From assembly GCA_002633005.1 (NCBI GenBank), contig NMRA01000153.1, positions 254,789 to 301,773 of the forward strand: a stretch of DNA of 46,985 bases, read 5' to 3'. This document shows positions 1-11,493 of the stretch, one piece after another (positions within the stretch are counted from its first letter, which is position 1; each line of letters opens with the position of its first letter). The DNA is from Phoronis australis. Lineage: Eukaryota > Animalia > Phoronida. Made by a program: the position numbers and the translations under genes. Below the pieces are notes generated by a model that saw only the letters and a list, made by a program, of their open reading frames with translations, searched no databases and was not told where the DNA came from.

Positions 1-276
1 AGACATTTTCGGGACTGGGTGAGGAACTCAAGAAGTAAAGCTTAATAATTGCCAAATGTATCAAAGAAATGGCATAAGAATATTTATTGAAACTAAAAAA
101 CGAATAACAGTTACAGAACATTCAGAATTCCATGTTATAGACATACTCTTGTAGTTGTAGCGACAGCAGATGATAATGTAGGCCTAGTTCTTGGGGTGGT
201 CTATTCCAATAGGAGCGATGAATCAGCGCAGCTTTGCGTGATTTTGCGTTTCACATCATAAAGAGTTCCATAGCAA

Positions 277-412
277 CTCGAGTGTGAGTGTCAGATTTGA
301 GTACGTTTGGAGTCTACTCGAAATGCGACATTAGGTACGCTTTTTTGAGTACGACTCCAATGAGCACGATTTTGAGTATGAAATCTCGAGTATGAGTATG
401 AGTCTGAGTACG
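277..412. repeat. Cluster of GAGTA(C/T) hexamer repeats, probably subterminal repeats of another DNA element
   Basis: TTTGAGTACG twice and GAGTATGAGTATGAGTCTGAGTAC; lies just beyond the break in Tc2-like homology. Confidence 0.4.
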
Positions 413-439
413 GAGATTGGAGACCGGACCCAGGTCCAG

Positions 440-2099
440 GGATCATCGAGCCGGGAAATATTGGAACAGATTTGACATCGTAGTTTTGGGTCATTGGAAC
501 GGAGGAATATTGTAAAACACTGGGTTTTTTGTAACAACAGCTTAAAAGTACAGAGTCGCGCAGGTGTACTCCTTTACGTAGGGGTGTCGGTCTGTTCTCT
601 TTTGATGTGCTATCTCTGAAGTGGTGTACGCTTGTAAGTTCCCACACTCTGGAGTGCATGTTACCTTGACAACAACATATATGATTGACAGGTGACTCAT
701 ACGTACGCGCGTGCTGAATCCAGACGTTGTCTTTTGTCACATAAAACAAGACCCATGTTGAAAGAGGCTGTTAAATTACTTGACGGCATTTCGAAGTCTA
801 AGGACGGCATATTGCATGCAAACAGCGGGACCGACCAGTGCGATATTGCCGTAGGTGATATAATAGGATAATCTGTACATATTACATGTAAAATAAATGT
901 GTTTTTCGAGTTGCTTTATGTTTGCCAGGACTAGACCTATCTATTTTACCCCCCTCCCCCCCAAAAAAAACGGCTCGCGTAGGTTGAAATTTCCCGGTGG
1001 CAGGTACAAGACATCTATAATCTCGACTTGCATTTCCAAATTTCAGGTCGCCAATGCGACCAGCAGTTTCTTATGCCGAGCGCGGAGTCTTGTTTGCAAA
1101 ACACTGACTCGGAAAGGACGCATCCACGGATGCTGGTTACCCGAAGAATTGGAGCTAAATCTATGAATTGTTTTTTACTGACGCAGGTACATGTACGAAC
1201 TGGTAATTTTTTCCTCAGACTCTACTGTACGCACTCACTAGACTCATCCCCAGTCATAGTGTTAGTACTTTTAAAATAAAATCTTAAGCAAATGCTTGTT
1301 TTTGAGTAATGCCTTTGCGGTAACTTTTGATTGACGACTGGCTCATGTCCGCTTACCCCCGATTCTCATCTTCTTTGCATGGCATGTTTCACTTAATTGG
1401 AAGTGGGCAACGCTGGGCGGTTGAGATAAAATAGCTAGCCGCAGAACCATACATTGAAAATGAGTCACAGAGTCTAATCTAATCTAATCTAATCTCCAAC
1501 ATAAACATTCCAAACACAAAAAACACCTGAATTTGTTTTTCAAACTTTCATTACATCATTAATTTTAAAACTGGTCTTTGACTCCGAACTTGACAGCTAG
1601 CACCATAAATTTGATGTCTGCTGTGACCTCTGCAACACGTGAAGCTCGCATACGCGCACTTGTAAAGTGTCATCGCGTGAAAATAGTTGCAATCCAAGTT
1701 ATTGTTACTGGTCGTCTACGCACTACAGCTCTAATAAGATTGCAGGACGGCACAGGGCTATTACTCATTATTTTGTAAATTTAATTGTGATTGACTAATC
1801 TGTGAGCAACAGAACATTACTTGGGATCGTGTTATGACACTTTTAGCGACATTTGGCGACTTGATGATAAAGCTCTTTGAAAAGTTCTACGCGTTCCGAG
1901 TACGTGTGTCGTGTGGTACTCTGATCATGAGGTAAGATTAACCGCCCAGGGCAACTGTCTGTCGCCCATGTTCAGTTAACTGCCCACCCTGGATTTCTTG
2001 AAATTTCACGTTTAAGCGCCCATGTCTGTTAACCACCCACTCCCGATTTTTTGGGTTTGCCGATTTAACCGCCCAGGGCATTAACCCAAACGTTTACGG
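440..2099 (-). mobile_element. Partial copy of a Tc2/pogo-like non-autonomous DNA transposon
   Basis: Ends ...CGTTTACGG|TA at 2099; reverse complement is collinear, with indels, with 26010-27365; GGGCGGTTAA subterminal repeats; homology stops at about 440. Confidence 0.85.
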
Positions 2100-2229
2100 T
2101 ATTAGCAGGTATCAAACTCAGCATTAGTTCAGTCTTTTCCCACTGTATCAAGACTTATGCCCACACCAATTATGTAACACAATTAATACAATAAATTGAT
2201 AGCAATTTAGTGTATTGAGACATCATTAA

Positions 2230-2585
2230 AAGGATACTAAACTTTGTTTTGATGATTTCAACCAGTACTCATTATTGTGTCACCTGCTAATGCATCATTG
2301 GCGTCAATCAAGAAAAAAGCAGGAATTAACTAAAAGTTCAGTCCCCCTATCACAGATTGGATGTTAGTTATTGCTGGGTGGTTTTTCCCCACAGTTACCA
2401 AGTAATTCGCTAAACGCGTAGGTCATGCTTGCCGGTTTAGCAGAGTTAAAAAGGAGTGTTCAGATGTTCCTAAAAACTCTTGAGGGTTGTTGAGGGTTAC
2501 AGAGCATTATTTTGTTTCAGAGAACTGGAAGGAAAAGTGGCTTTCAATGTCTTGTTAATAAGCAAAAAACTGGCTTGGTATCCTT
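2230..2585. mobile_element. MITE with TTAA flanks (Kolobok-type), copy 1
   Basis: TTAA|AAGGATACTAA ... TTGGTATCCTT|TTAA; homologous along its length to 6765-7130. Confidence 0.8.
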
Positions 2586-3311
2586 TTAAGGATTCCTGTT
2601 GTTCAGTGTCAGGACTCTCAGGGCAATTATCTACCACGGTTCAAAGAGCAACTCAAACCATTACCATTATCATGGGGTACAAGAGAACCAAAATCTGTTT
2701 TTCGATCGTATTTCTTCAAGTGTGACTCTCAGGGAATTAAATTCCAGAACCAAATAGTTCAAAAAGTCACCAGTTTTAGTCCATGATATAGGAAATTATT
2801 TTAGCCAAAGTTCTGTACTCCCACCTTAAATCAGATTCCTTGATAATCAGGCCTCCAAACAACAGCTGGTATTGTACAAATCTGTTAGTGACAAGAACAA
2901 GGTGCTTTGAAACCCTGAAACAGCCATAATCCGTTGTGTATTTCTAGCAAATTTTTATGAAAAATTTTTGCATAGGGACACGAATTTGCTGGGATTCTGA
3001 GTTCCACCAGATTTTGCTAAGTTAATACCAGGAAAATTATTCATGACCTATGTGCTTTGGTGATTCAGTTAAAATTCTGATCGTTGTCTATATCATAAAA
3101 CCATTGGTACTAATACTGGTGCATGCGTTGTACTGCACTCACTATGTAGTGTCAGTGTCGGCCAATAAAGGCGCCATAACTTTCCGGTATTCATGAGTCC
3201 TTTGGGGACACGACCATTTGTGGAATTTTATCTTGTGTATTTTTTCGGAAATATTAGTATGGGTCTTCAAAATGCATAGTAACGGCACTTATGCATTATT
3301 TTCTGTTGCAG

Positions 3312-3413
3312 GTATTAAACGAGATAGAGGAACATGGCATAGACATCTACCAATTTCCTGACTGTGACTCGGATGAAGATGAAGAGTTTCAGAATCAAGA
3401 CAGGGAACTAAAG
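3312..3413 (+). CDS. SEPT4: Septin (SEPT2 group, SEPT4/5-like), internal exon
   Basis: ttgcag|GTA...AAG|gtac; translates [34 protein letters not shown], matching the SEPT4/5 [13 protein letters not shown] motif. The symbol means closest recognised paralog group, not proven orthology. Confidence 0.95.
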
Positions 3414-4540
3414 GTACACCTGGGGTCTTTGTCTTGAAAAACAAATTAAAATATACTTAAAGCAGAAACTTGGTCGTATGATCCCATTATCCAATTGCTG
3501 AATAAAGGTTTATTCAGGTGATTGTTAATCCATCACAGTCAAAAAAACAATTTTTAGAATTTTCTATGTAACTAGCAGTTATGTATTTATCCTAATAGAC
3601 TTTGGATTTTTGCTCATGTGAGATTTTATTACATTAGAAATGGTTGTGAGAGCATAAGGGCACATTTCTCAGTCATTTACATGAAACAGGCCCCTCGGGC
3701 CTCATGAAAGGTCCATCAGTGTACTGAAACAACAAAAAAGTGAAAGTGTTTATGTTTTAAAGACGTTCTTATTCTTTCATCACCGTGACTCCATAGTTAT
3801 TTTTCAAAATCATGGATAGAAGATGTAGACATTAGTCGTAATGATTTTTTTTCTTGATTTCTGTTGAAGTTATTTATTTCCAACCGAATGTTAACTTTAT
3901 TGATCTCTCTACCATGTACAACTTGATCTTTGCTTTATGACGTTGTTGATTTTTGGTACTTGTAACCTAGCAACCAGGGCTGCTTGTGACTTTTCACTCT
4001 GGTTATTTGCTTTTCTGTGAAGTTTAGCATGGTTAACGTTGTATCATGAGTGATTAGGTTCACTTGCCATACAAGCAATTATAGCAGTCTATTTTGCTCT
4101 ACTAATTGCTTCACAACTGAAAGCTCTTGAATACATCAAGATACTTATCTTACGAGCACACCCCTAGGGTACTACAAACGCAGTAGAGTACTCCTCCGTA
4201 AATGCTATGAATACCTCCATCAACTATATCGAGTGATGCTCTTTGCACAAACCCACGTTGCTGTCACTTCTAGTGTCCCTACTACACAATGTTCCCGACA
4301 GACCAGTTCGTGATAGACAACCACCATACTTCTTAAAAGACTGTCGCGGCTTAGTGTGCTTCATGTCTAGACTATTAATTCTTAGATATAGTCTTCTTAA
4401 ATGTAGGTTCAGTTATTTTTTGTTTTGTTTTTATTTTTTAAAATTTTTTCGGGAGGATGTTTCAATATTTTTTAGTTTCATCGCTAGTCAATAGATGGTA
4501 ATGCTAGTGTCAAAACAGCCTTGTTCTCATTCTGTAATAA

Positions 4541-4711
4541 AAGTGTCACGTCGGCAAGTGTGTAGATGGTTTATTTGCTCAAATTTCAGTCTTGGGTATC
4601 ACGGGCTTCTTTTGTTTAGGGATTAAGTGTCACGTCGGCAAGTATGTAGATGGTTTATTTGCTCAAATTTCAGTCTTGGGTATCAAGGGCTTCTTTTGTT
4701 TAGGGATTAAG
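4541..4711. repeat. 84-bp tandem duplication
   Basis: AAGTGTCACGTCGGCAAG...TTTAGGGATT starts at 4541 and again at 4625, nearly identical. Confidence 0.95.
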
Positions 4712-5466
4712 AAGTAAAGATGAGTGTCAGTGATAACTGCTGCCTGTTGTGGCAAAAACTTAGACAACACAGACTATAAAAACTCCATACATCATTAAAA
4801 AATTTTCATTGTTTAAATGGCAAAAATCGGTTAACTACAACAAAAGAAAAAAGAAATATTGCACATTGCCACTGCTGTTCCTTTGTTGATATGTTCCAAC
4901 CTCTGTTGTGCTGTTGCCTAAGCAACACAATGGAGCAACTTGACTCCGGTACACCACAGTTTATTTGAGTGCTCTTACTTCCAAAGACTGCAGCGAAATT
5001 TAAATCGGTGGTGCCATGTCAGTGTTCTGGCACTGAAATTATCAGAGAACTAGAAATTTACTTGGTGGCCAAGTGAAGTGAGGGACCTGCCCTGCTTGCT
5101 TGAATGGCCCAAAGGTGATGAACTGCTTTCTGCTCTCAGTCTACTCAGATGTCAAAAAGAGGCACCATTTTTATTAGCGCCACCTAGTGAATCTTGAGTC
5201 TGTTTTTATACATTGGGCTATGCAGTATGCAGCGCATATTTTTAAGGCAACTAATAAAATGGTTTATCCGACTTGATTTTTTAATGTTGTTTCCATGGTT
5301 TCACTCACCACTCACAATCACTAGAGCCAACTGTGATTAAGTCCAGTACTTGGAAATACCCATGGAGCATTGTGGGGCTCATGAGAAAATCGCTCTCTTT
5401 TCATGATGGCCCAAAGCCTTGCAGAATCTCGAGCAAATTGTTAAGAATATCGTGTGTTGCTTTCAG

Positions 5467-5563
5467 GCCAGCATACCATTTGCAGTGGTTGGTAGTAATG
5501 CAGTGATTGAGGTCAACGGGAAGAAAGTCCGGGGTCGACTGTATCCTTGGGGCATTGTGGAAG
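5467..5563 (+). CDS. SEPT4: Septin exon (PFAVVGS ... GRLYPWG)
   Basis: tttcag|GCC...GAAG|gttag; [32 protein letters not shown], the start of the septin unique element; phase 0 to 1. Confidence 0.96.
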
Positions 5564-5687
5564 GTTAGTCTCCTTGACACTAATACATGGCGTAAAAATC
5601 ATCAAGATGCAGATTTATTTTCTGAGGTCATTTTGCTACAGTGTATTCATAGCACATGTGCATGTTGGGTATAAAGTGACTGTAAAC

Positions 5688-5998
5688 CCCCAGGGTCATT
5701 CATATTGACAAGGTGCCCGCAGATGTGTACCAAAAATTGTGGGTAGGCGGTACTTTTTCAGCAAGTTTTGCAGGGCCTGCGTGATATTCAATAGGCCCCT
5801 TAATTTCCATTTGGCTCCCACAAAAGACCCACTGCATTGGCTTCAGCCCCGCAAAAGATGCACTGGCCATCTTCTTACAGAAAAATCTACCCAGCAAAAG
5901 GGTGTGGGAATTAGCAGAGTTGGCACCCGCAATAGGGGTCTCTCAGCAATTTTTGGTACATACCTGCGGGCACATTGTTAATATGACTTTCCCCGGGG
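5688..5998. mobile_element. MITE with ~50-bp imperfect TIRs and CCCC(A/G)GGG ends
   Basis: TCATATTGACAAGGTGCCCGCAGATGTGTACCAAAAATTG is inverted at 5947-5986. Confidence 0.8.
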
Positions 5999-6095
5999 CT
6001 GTACCTGCCTTGGCAAACAATTTGATTTACACGACCTACCATTGTGAAGTTAAAATATTCCATAGTCAACAGTTGAGATCTTCCATAAACTGACC

Positions 6096-6244
6096 ACTTG
6101 TTATTGCTTTAGACTAGGCACTACAACTTGTTATTGCTTTAGACTGGACACTGCAACTTGTTATTGCTTTAGACTAGGCACTATGTCACAAGTTGTTATT
6201 GCTTTAGACTGGGCACTACAACTTGTTATTGCTTTAGACTAGGC
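6096..6244. repeat. Minisatellite, ~30 bp x5
   Basis: ACTTGTTATTGCTTTAGACTAGGCACTACA unit. Confidence 0.95.
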
Positions 6245-6764
6245 CTTTTGACTTTTGGCAGCCCAGCCAGATGGCTCTTTATTATGTTGGCAGGGAATGG
6301 AGTAATTGAAAAAATGTGCTTCAGTTCACAAATTTAATTGGGTTTTGGCTTGAATTTTCATCATGATCAGACCAGTAAAGCACCGTAGGGACAATGCAGC
6401 AGGACGTAAATGCACACATGAAATGATATTTTTCAGCCATTCAGGGTCTTCTCACCTAAATGAGAACCCAGTTGTATCCAAAATGTTATAAATGTATATC
6501 CATTTAGTTTCAAGAACAAGAAGCCGTATTTCACACACATCCTTGCTTTGTTTTGTGACTTTGCCACAAGTGGCAAAAGTATAGCTTGTATTTCTCAATG
6601 ATGTCAAAAAATCGACTTCAGACTTTCAAGTTATGACCAAAGACCAAAAATTGACTTTTTTTGTTCATGAAACGGTCTTTTCTGAGGTTTTGTCTTTGCT
6701 GGGTCTTAACTTAGCTCAAATTTCAGTTTTAAACTTGGACATGTTTTTGGTCTTAACTCTTAGT

Positions 6765-7130
6765 AAGGATACTAAACCCTGTTTTGGTGATTTCAACCAA
6801 TCCTCGTTCTGTCACCTGCCAATGCATCACTAGCGTCCCAGTTGAGTGATAAAAGCAGGGTTCAACTAAAAACTCATACTCTCTGTGTCACAGATTTGAT
6901 ATTATGGTTCTTGGCTGGTTGTCTTTCCTTAAAGTTGTGTAACTCTCCTAAAGCGTAGGTCATGCTTGCCGGTTTAGCAGACTTTGGTAGGTGGCAGGAG
7001 TTTTCAACTTTTGTTCCAAAATTTTTAGGGTTGTCGAGGGGTACTGATCATTATTTTGTTTCAGAGAACTGGATAGGGAAGTCTTTTTAATATCTAATGC
7101 TAATAGGCTAAAACCAGCTTTAGTATCCTT
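6765..7130. mobile_element. MITE, copy 2 of the 2230-2585 family
   Basis: Perfect 12-bp TIR AAGGATACTAAA/TTTAGTATCCTT; shares GCGTAGGTCATGCTTGCCGGTTTAGCAGA and ATTATTTTGTTTCAGAGAACTGGA with copy 1; TSD not clear. Confidence 0.8.
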
Positions 7131-7550
7131 GAAAGTCTTAGGTCACTTTTCATGAAAAGGGCCCCAGGAGGTCTTGATTTTGTAAGCTCATATTTGGTAC
7201 CCAAATACTGAGCAAGTCCTTCATGTAATATGAATGGTGTAGAAGATGAACTTCAATTTGTTTGTCTGTTCTCTATATAATGATTTCCTAAGAACACTTT
7301 GTTGTGAGGTTAGCAATTTGTCTAACAATTTTTTGACTTTTTTTCTGGTGTAGATAAAGTATTTCTTATGGTTAATCTGTTTAAGAGTGTTCTGTTTTTA
7401 TGTATAATGGATTTTGAAAGGCAGACTATGTTTATTTGTTCAGTCGATAACTGTGACTTATATGCACTTTGGGCTGGGTTTTATTTTTCGAATATTGTGT
7501 AAATTTGTTGAAACCTGTTTAGCATGTGTAACTATAATAAATCAATTCGT

Positions 7551-7633
7551 TTATCCATTCATCCATCTATTCTTTTATTCATTCATCCATCTATTCTTTT
7601 ATCCATTCATCCATCTATTCTTTTATTCATTCA
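7551..7633. repeat. 24-bp minisatellite x~3.5
   Basis: TTAT(C/T)CATTCATCCATCTATTCTT unit. Confidence 0.9.
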
Positions 7634-7830
7634 CCATGTATTCATTCATACTACCATTGTGACACTATAGTTACGCCACCTTTTGGAGATCACTCATGAA
7701 AGGTGCTAAAATTTCCAGTCTGTTTTGGACTTTGAAGAACTAATAATTGTCTTCCTTCAAGTTGAGAGTCATGTCTGTTTGTAAGTATACTTTTTCTAAA
7801 GTTAATTGCTGCTCGTATTTTTTCTTTCAG

Positions 7831-7882
7831 TTGACAATCCTAATCACTGTGATTTTACCAAACTTCGCCAGATGTTAATAAG
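7831..7882 (+). CDS. SEPT4: Septin exon (HCDF)
   Basis: tttcag|TT...AG|gtttgt; (V)DNPNHCDFTKLRQMLI(S); phase 1 to 2 fits the neighbouring exons. Confidence 0.95.
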
Positions 7883-8452
7883 GTTTGTACAAAATGTTAA
7901 TTTATGTTATCGTGGTTGGTACTTTTCATACCAGGCACACGTCTGCACAGACATAGAAATACAGTAATTGTTTATTAACGAAAAATTTTTTGATGTTACT
8001 TAGCTTTGATAAGTTCAAATAACAAACATTTTCAATGACTGACGTACACGTGCTTCATGTGTAAATGGTCAAAATGCAGTGATTATTATCAATCGCTTGT
8101 CAGTCCGGGCTATTTTCAGTGTGTGAAGTAGAAAATTAGAGTTTGGGAAATTTCTGTTTCAATAACGAGCCATTAGTTATAACGAGCTTAAGGCTTGTGA
8201 TTTTCATATTCTGGCTTATTTACACAGCGATTTTGGATGCACTACATATGACATCTGCGACATCTGACATCTGTGCATAGACAGATCCATTCCTGCCAGT
8301 CGTCTCTAGTTCAAACTAACATCTGGGTATCCCCAATAGTGAAATGTACTCCGTGAAAAAAATCAGGAAGCAATAAAATGGTTACCTGGCGACTAAAGAT
8401 TGACTTCTAATCACGTGTTTGTGTAAAGTGGTGGTTGGCTTGTTATTTTTAG

Positions 8453-8557
8453 CACACACATGCAGGACTTAAAGGATGTTACAAGGGACGTACACTACGA
8501 AAACTTCCGCGCCAAATATATCAGCGAGATGAGCACACAGGCCACAAAAGAGAGAAC
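8453..8557 (+). CDS. SEPT4: Septin exon (THMQDLKDVT..HYENFR)
   Basis: ttttag|C...AC|gtgagt; THMQDLKDVTRDVHYENFRAKYISEMSTQATKER. Confidence 0.96.
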
Positions 8558-9903
8558 GTGAGTTCAGTTTGTCACAGGATGTCGAGTAATTTAATTTGTT
8601 TAATTTATCCTGGCTCTTATTCTTTCTTGTTGATGCGATGGTCACAGTTTTCCAGTTGGCAAAAATTTTCATGCACTTGAAGTTTAGGGCTAGTATAATT
8701 AAGTAGGTGACAATATGGAATTTTACGAGCTGAACAAACGGATCCCTTTGTGGGCATCGTCTCACTTTCAGCTATATGCATTGAATTAAAACTTTGAAAA
8801 CGCATTAAAGGAGCATGCCACCCAAAAGACAACCTGATTTGTATCAATTTAGATCGAGTAGTTCTACTCCATAACGACACGTACGGTTGCGTTACCTGAC
8901 ACCTGACGGCAAAATTATCCAAAAAATTATCCAATGACGTCATCGGTTTCACACGCAGTCTGTTCAGCAGTTCACAGCACGGGTTACTGGTGTCAGCTTT
9001 TCGCTTGAAGACATCGTTTAACACCAATAAATCTTCAAACTTCGATGTAAAATCCTTAAAAATACACGGAGTTCTTATAAAAACGTGTTGTTTCATTTCG
9101 CTCTTACAGATTTATTGGTATTTGGACACACCGTAGCCTACAAAGTTCGGCAGGCCAATAAGGTCCCGTAGCAGGAGTTTGGGTTCTGTTCGGAGATAAT
9201 TTCGAAGACAGGAGAACCTAGATCTGTGTTGTTTAGATTTTTTGAGTTCTTAACACAAAACGCTTCTTATCCTGGCCAGTGGCTTGGAGCCCGATCAGGC
9301 CCGTCGCTGCTGGCCGGATTGACTCGTTATTCCGGCCACTGGCTCGGAAACTGATCGGATATCACGAACATAAACCAGCCAAAGTTCAGTGGAAACTAAA
9401 CTTCCAGTCAAAAAAATACTGTACTAGCGAGCCAAAGTAATGTGCACGTGATTATGTTGGCGAATTAGCCACGAAACTGCAAATCTACTTACTCGTCGGG
9501 GGCTGCAAATTCAGGTTCCGCTTTGGCCACAGCACCGCCGGTCATGGCAGAAGTTGTAAATGTACATTGACAATCATTATTTGACTAAGGTAAATGTAAA
9601 TAAAGATTTCTCTAACACCTGGCCGTGGGATGGAAATCGAGTTGTTTCACAACAGTTTCTGTCAGCACACACTAAATTACTAATTAACATGAGCTCAAAC
9701 GGCCTCGGTGTCCAGTCAATTAGTTTTATTGAGCTAAAGCCGGTAACGCAGTGATTTATTCATTGCTGGCTTCTCAAATCATTTGCACTCACGAACACTC
9801 CAAAGGCATTACAAATTGCATCTAATGAGACAGACTTTGTTTCAGTTTGGTTAGGGTGAGAATAATTCATTTTGAAACAGAACGCTCAGTAATTAACGGC
9901 AAC

Positions 9904-10089
9904 ATGGCATCTCGCAATCCCCGGGCCGACTTGGACGAGCTAGAGCTCATCAGTCCCGACTTCGCAGGTGGATTGTTAAGTTTTACAGGCTATCAATTCG
10001 AACAGGAATATTGTGATTAAGAAATACTAGAGAAGCGCCGTGAACAAGCTCAAACACTGAACGGAACGTATGGAGTCATTTGGTACTAG
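9904..10089 (+). pseudogene. N-terminal relic of a second Kolobok gene (KolX / P2X7-ballast-like)
   Basis: aacATG; MASRNPRADLDELELISPDFAGGLLSFTGYQFEQEYCD*EILEKRREQA; resembles the YQFEPE motif I recall from these proteins; convergent with the THAP relic. Confidence 0.55.
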
Positions 10090-10120
10090 TAAGCCGGCAT
10101 TCGTCGGGCACTGTCGACGT

Positions 10121-10309
10121 CTGCAGGCCACAGACACGGAGATGTTTCACGGCCTCATACTTGCTATTTTCAGCGTACATTTCATTCTTCACTACCATGA
10201 GCCACTTCCTAAGCATTTCGGACTCTCGAGGAAGTAAAAAAAAAAACGATATACCCGCTTTCCTCGCAGCTACTTAGTTCGGACAAGCGGCAGCGATGCA
10301 CCGCAACAT
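10121..10309 (-). pseudogene. THAP zinc-finger relic (N-terminus of Kolobok transposase)
   Basis: MLRCIAAACPN*VAARKAGISFFFLLPRESEMLRKWLMVVKNEMYAENSKYEAVKHLRVCGLQ: C-x4-C, conserved P and W, and RVC; one in-frame stop; truncated where CxxH would finish. Confidence 0.85.
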
Positions 10310-10697
10310 AGCGGCATTCACTCTGCATATGAACCACTGACGTGGCTAGCGTCGGGCTCACCTTCCTCACAGGTTAACGCGACACCTCTTGGCAAGGTAA
10401 GGTCGACCGTATGCGAGGCGATGTGGATATAGACCGATTAAGACGGCAAAAAATACTAATTAAATCGGGTGGCATTCTCCTTTAAAGTAACGAATATGTG
10501 TAATTTTTTTTTGGTCATACTCTTCATAATATTGTGTTTTTGCTTACTTTTTTAGCTCCCAATTCCTGGGTCACGTCACAAGTATTAAACTTATGTTTTC
10601 ATCGTGTAGGTTTGTACACTGTCTGGTAGCACCCTCTATTGTTCTTTACAGTGTGTCTTGCTGGTTCTTTTCATTGCCACATGTTCAAACTTTTTAG

Positions 10698-10776
10698 GAA
10701 ACTCAAGAGAGAATCCTGTCAGAGTTTTGATAAAATCATGGACACCGAGAATCTTCTGCAACAGAAAGATGAAGAG
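10698..10776 (+). CDS. SEPT4: Septin exon, start of C-terminal coiled coil
   Basis: ttttag|G...GAG|gtat; (T)KLKRESCQSFDKIMDTENLLQQKDEE, comparable to SEPT4 KLTRES...ETEKLIREKDEE. Confidence 0.92.
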
Positions 10777-10924
10777 GTATATTTCCTGTTTAGTGTTAAG
10801 TTACTAAGCCTTGTTGTGGACTTGATTTACAAGTTTTCTGAATAACCTATAGTCGTTCCTCACATGTACTTTTTGGTTCTCGTTGATTTCTCATCAGTGT
10901 GATTTACTCCATTTTAACTCAGTG

Positions 10925-10967
10925 ACACACACGCACACACACTCACACACACACACACACACACACA
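10925..10967. repeat. (CA)n microsatellite
   Basis: Direct reading; two interruptions. Confidence 0.95.
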
Positions 10968-11493
10968 TGTTATTTCTGTTTTTTTGCTCGTCTGTGTATT
11001 TAATTGGCTAGTAGCGATGAGCACAGACAGTGGCGGTGACTGTGTTGTCCACAGACCTCAGGGCAATTTTTGAGATCGCAACATCAACAATACCAAAAAA
11101 TGAATTTTGTAGATCATTTTCTACAGTCTGTACTGTAGGTTGTGATCTTGATAAGTTCTGGACTCCTGGAAACGTGAAAGTAAAAGTGATATGTTTAGAG
11201 TCTTCAGTTACGAGTACAAAAATTTTATTTGGCAGTTAAATGGAATTTTGTCAGAATTTCTCAACGAAAGTAACCTACTTTTTTAGTTCATAGCTAAAGT
11301 GGCCAGTATGGCACAGCTGTTCCCAAATACCATTTGGTAAAACTTTAGCATTTGCAACAACAAAATATTAAACTTTTAGAAGAACAAAAATTGGCAATCT
11401 AGCAAAATATCCCAATTTGTAAGAATCTTACTCTAGGTGTCATTTAACAAGTTTACATCATCATTTAGTCATGGTTTAACAAGTCCAGTAGAC

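Larger units (their letters stand above)
8809..10481 (-). mobile_element. Internally deleted Kolobok DNA transposon in a septin intron
   Basis: TTAA|AGGAGCATGCCACCC ... GGGTGGCATTCTCCT|TTAA (14/15 TIR match, TTAA TSD, purine-purine termini); contains THAP and KolX-like relics. Confidence 0.88.

Noticed and set aside
291-749. 152-aa ORF sharing a peptide with 27177-27431
   Set aside because: The similarity follows from two copies of the same TE; frames shift between copies and the ORF crosses the element boundary.
8617-9096. 159-aa minus-strand ORF
   Set aside because: Runs across the Kolobok TIR into septin intron; no recognisable domain.
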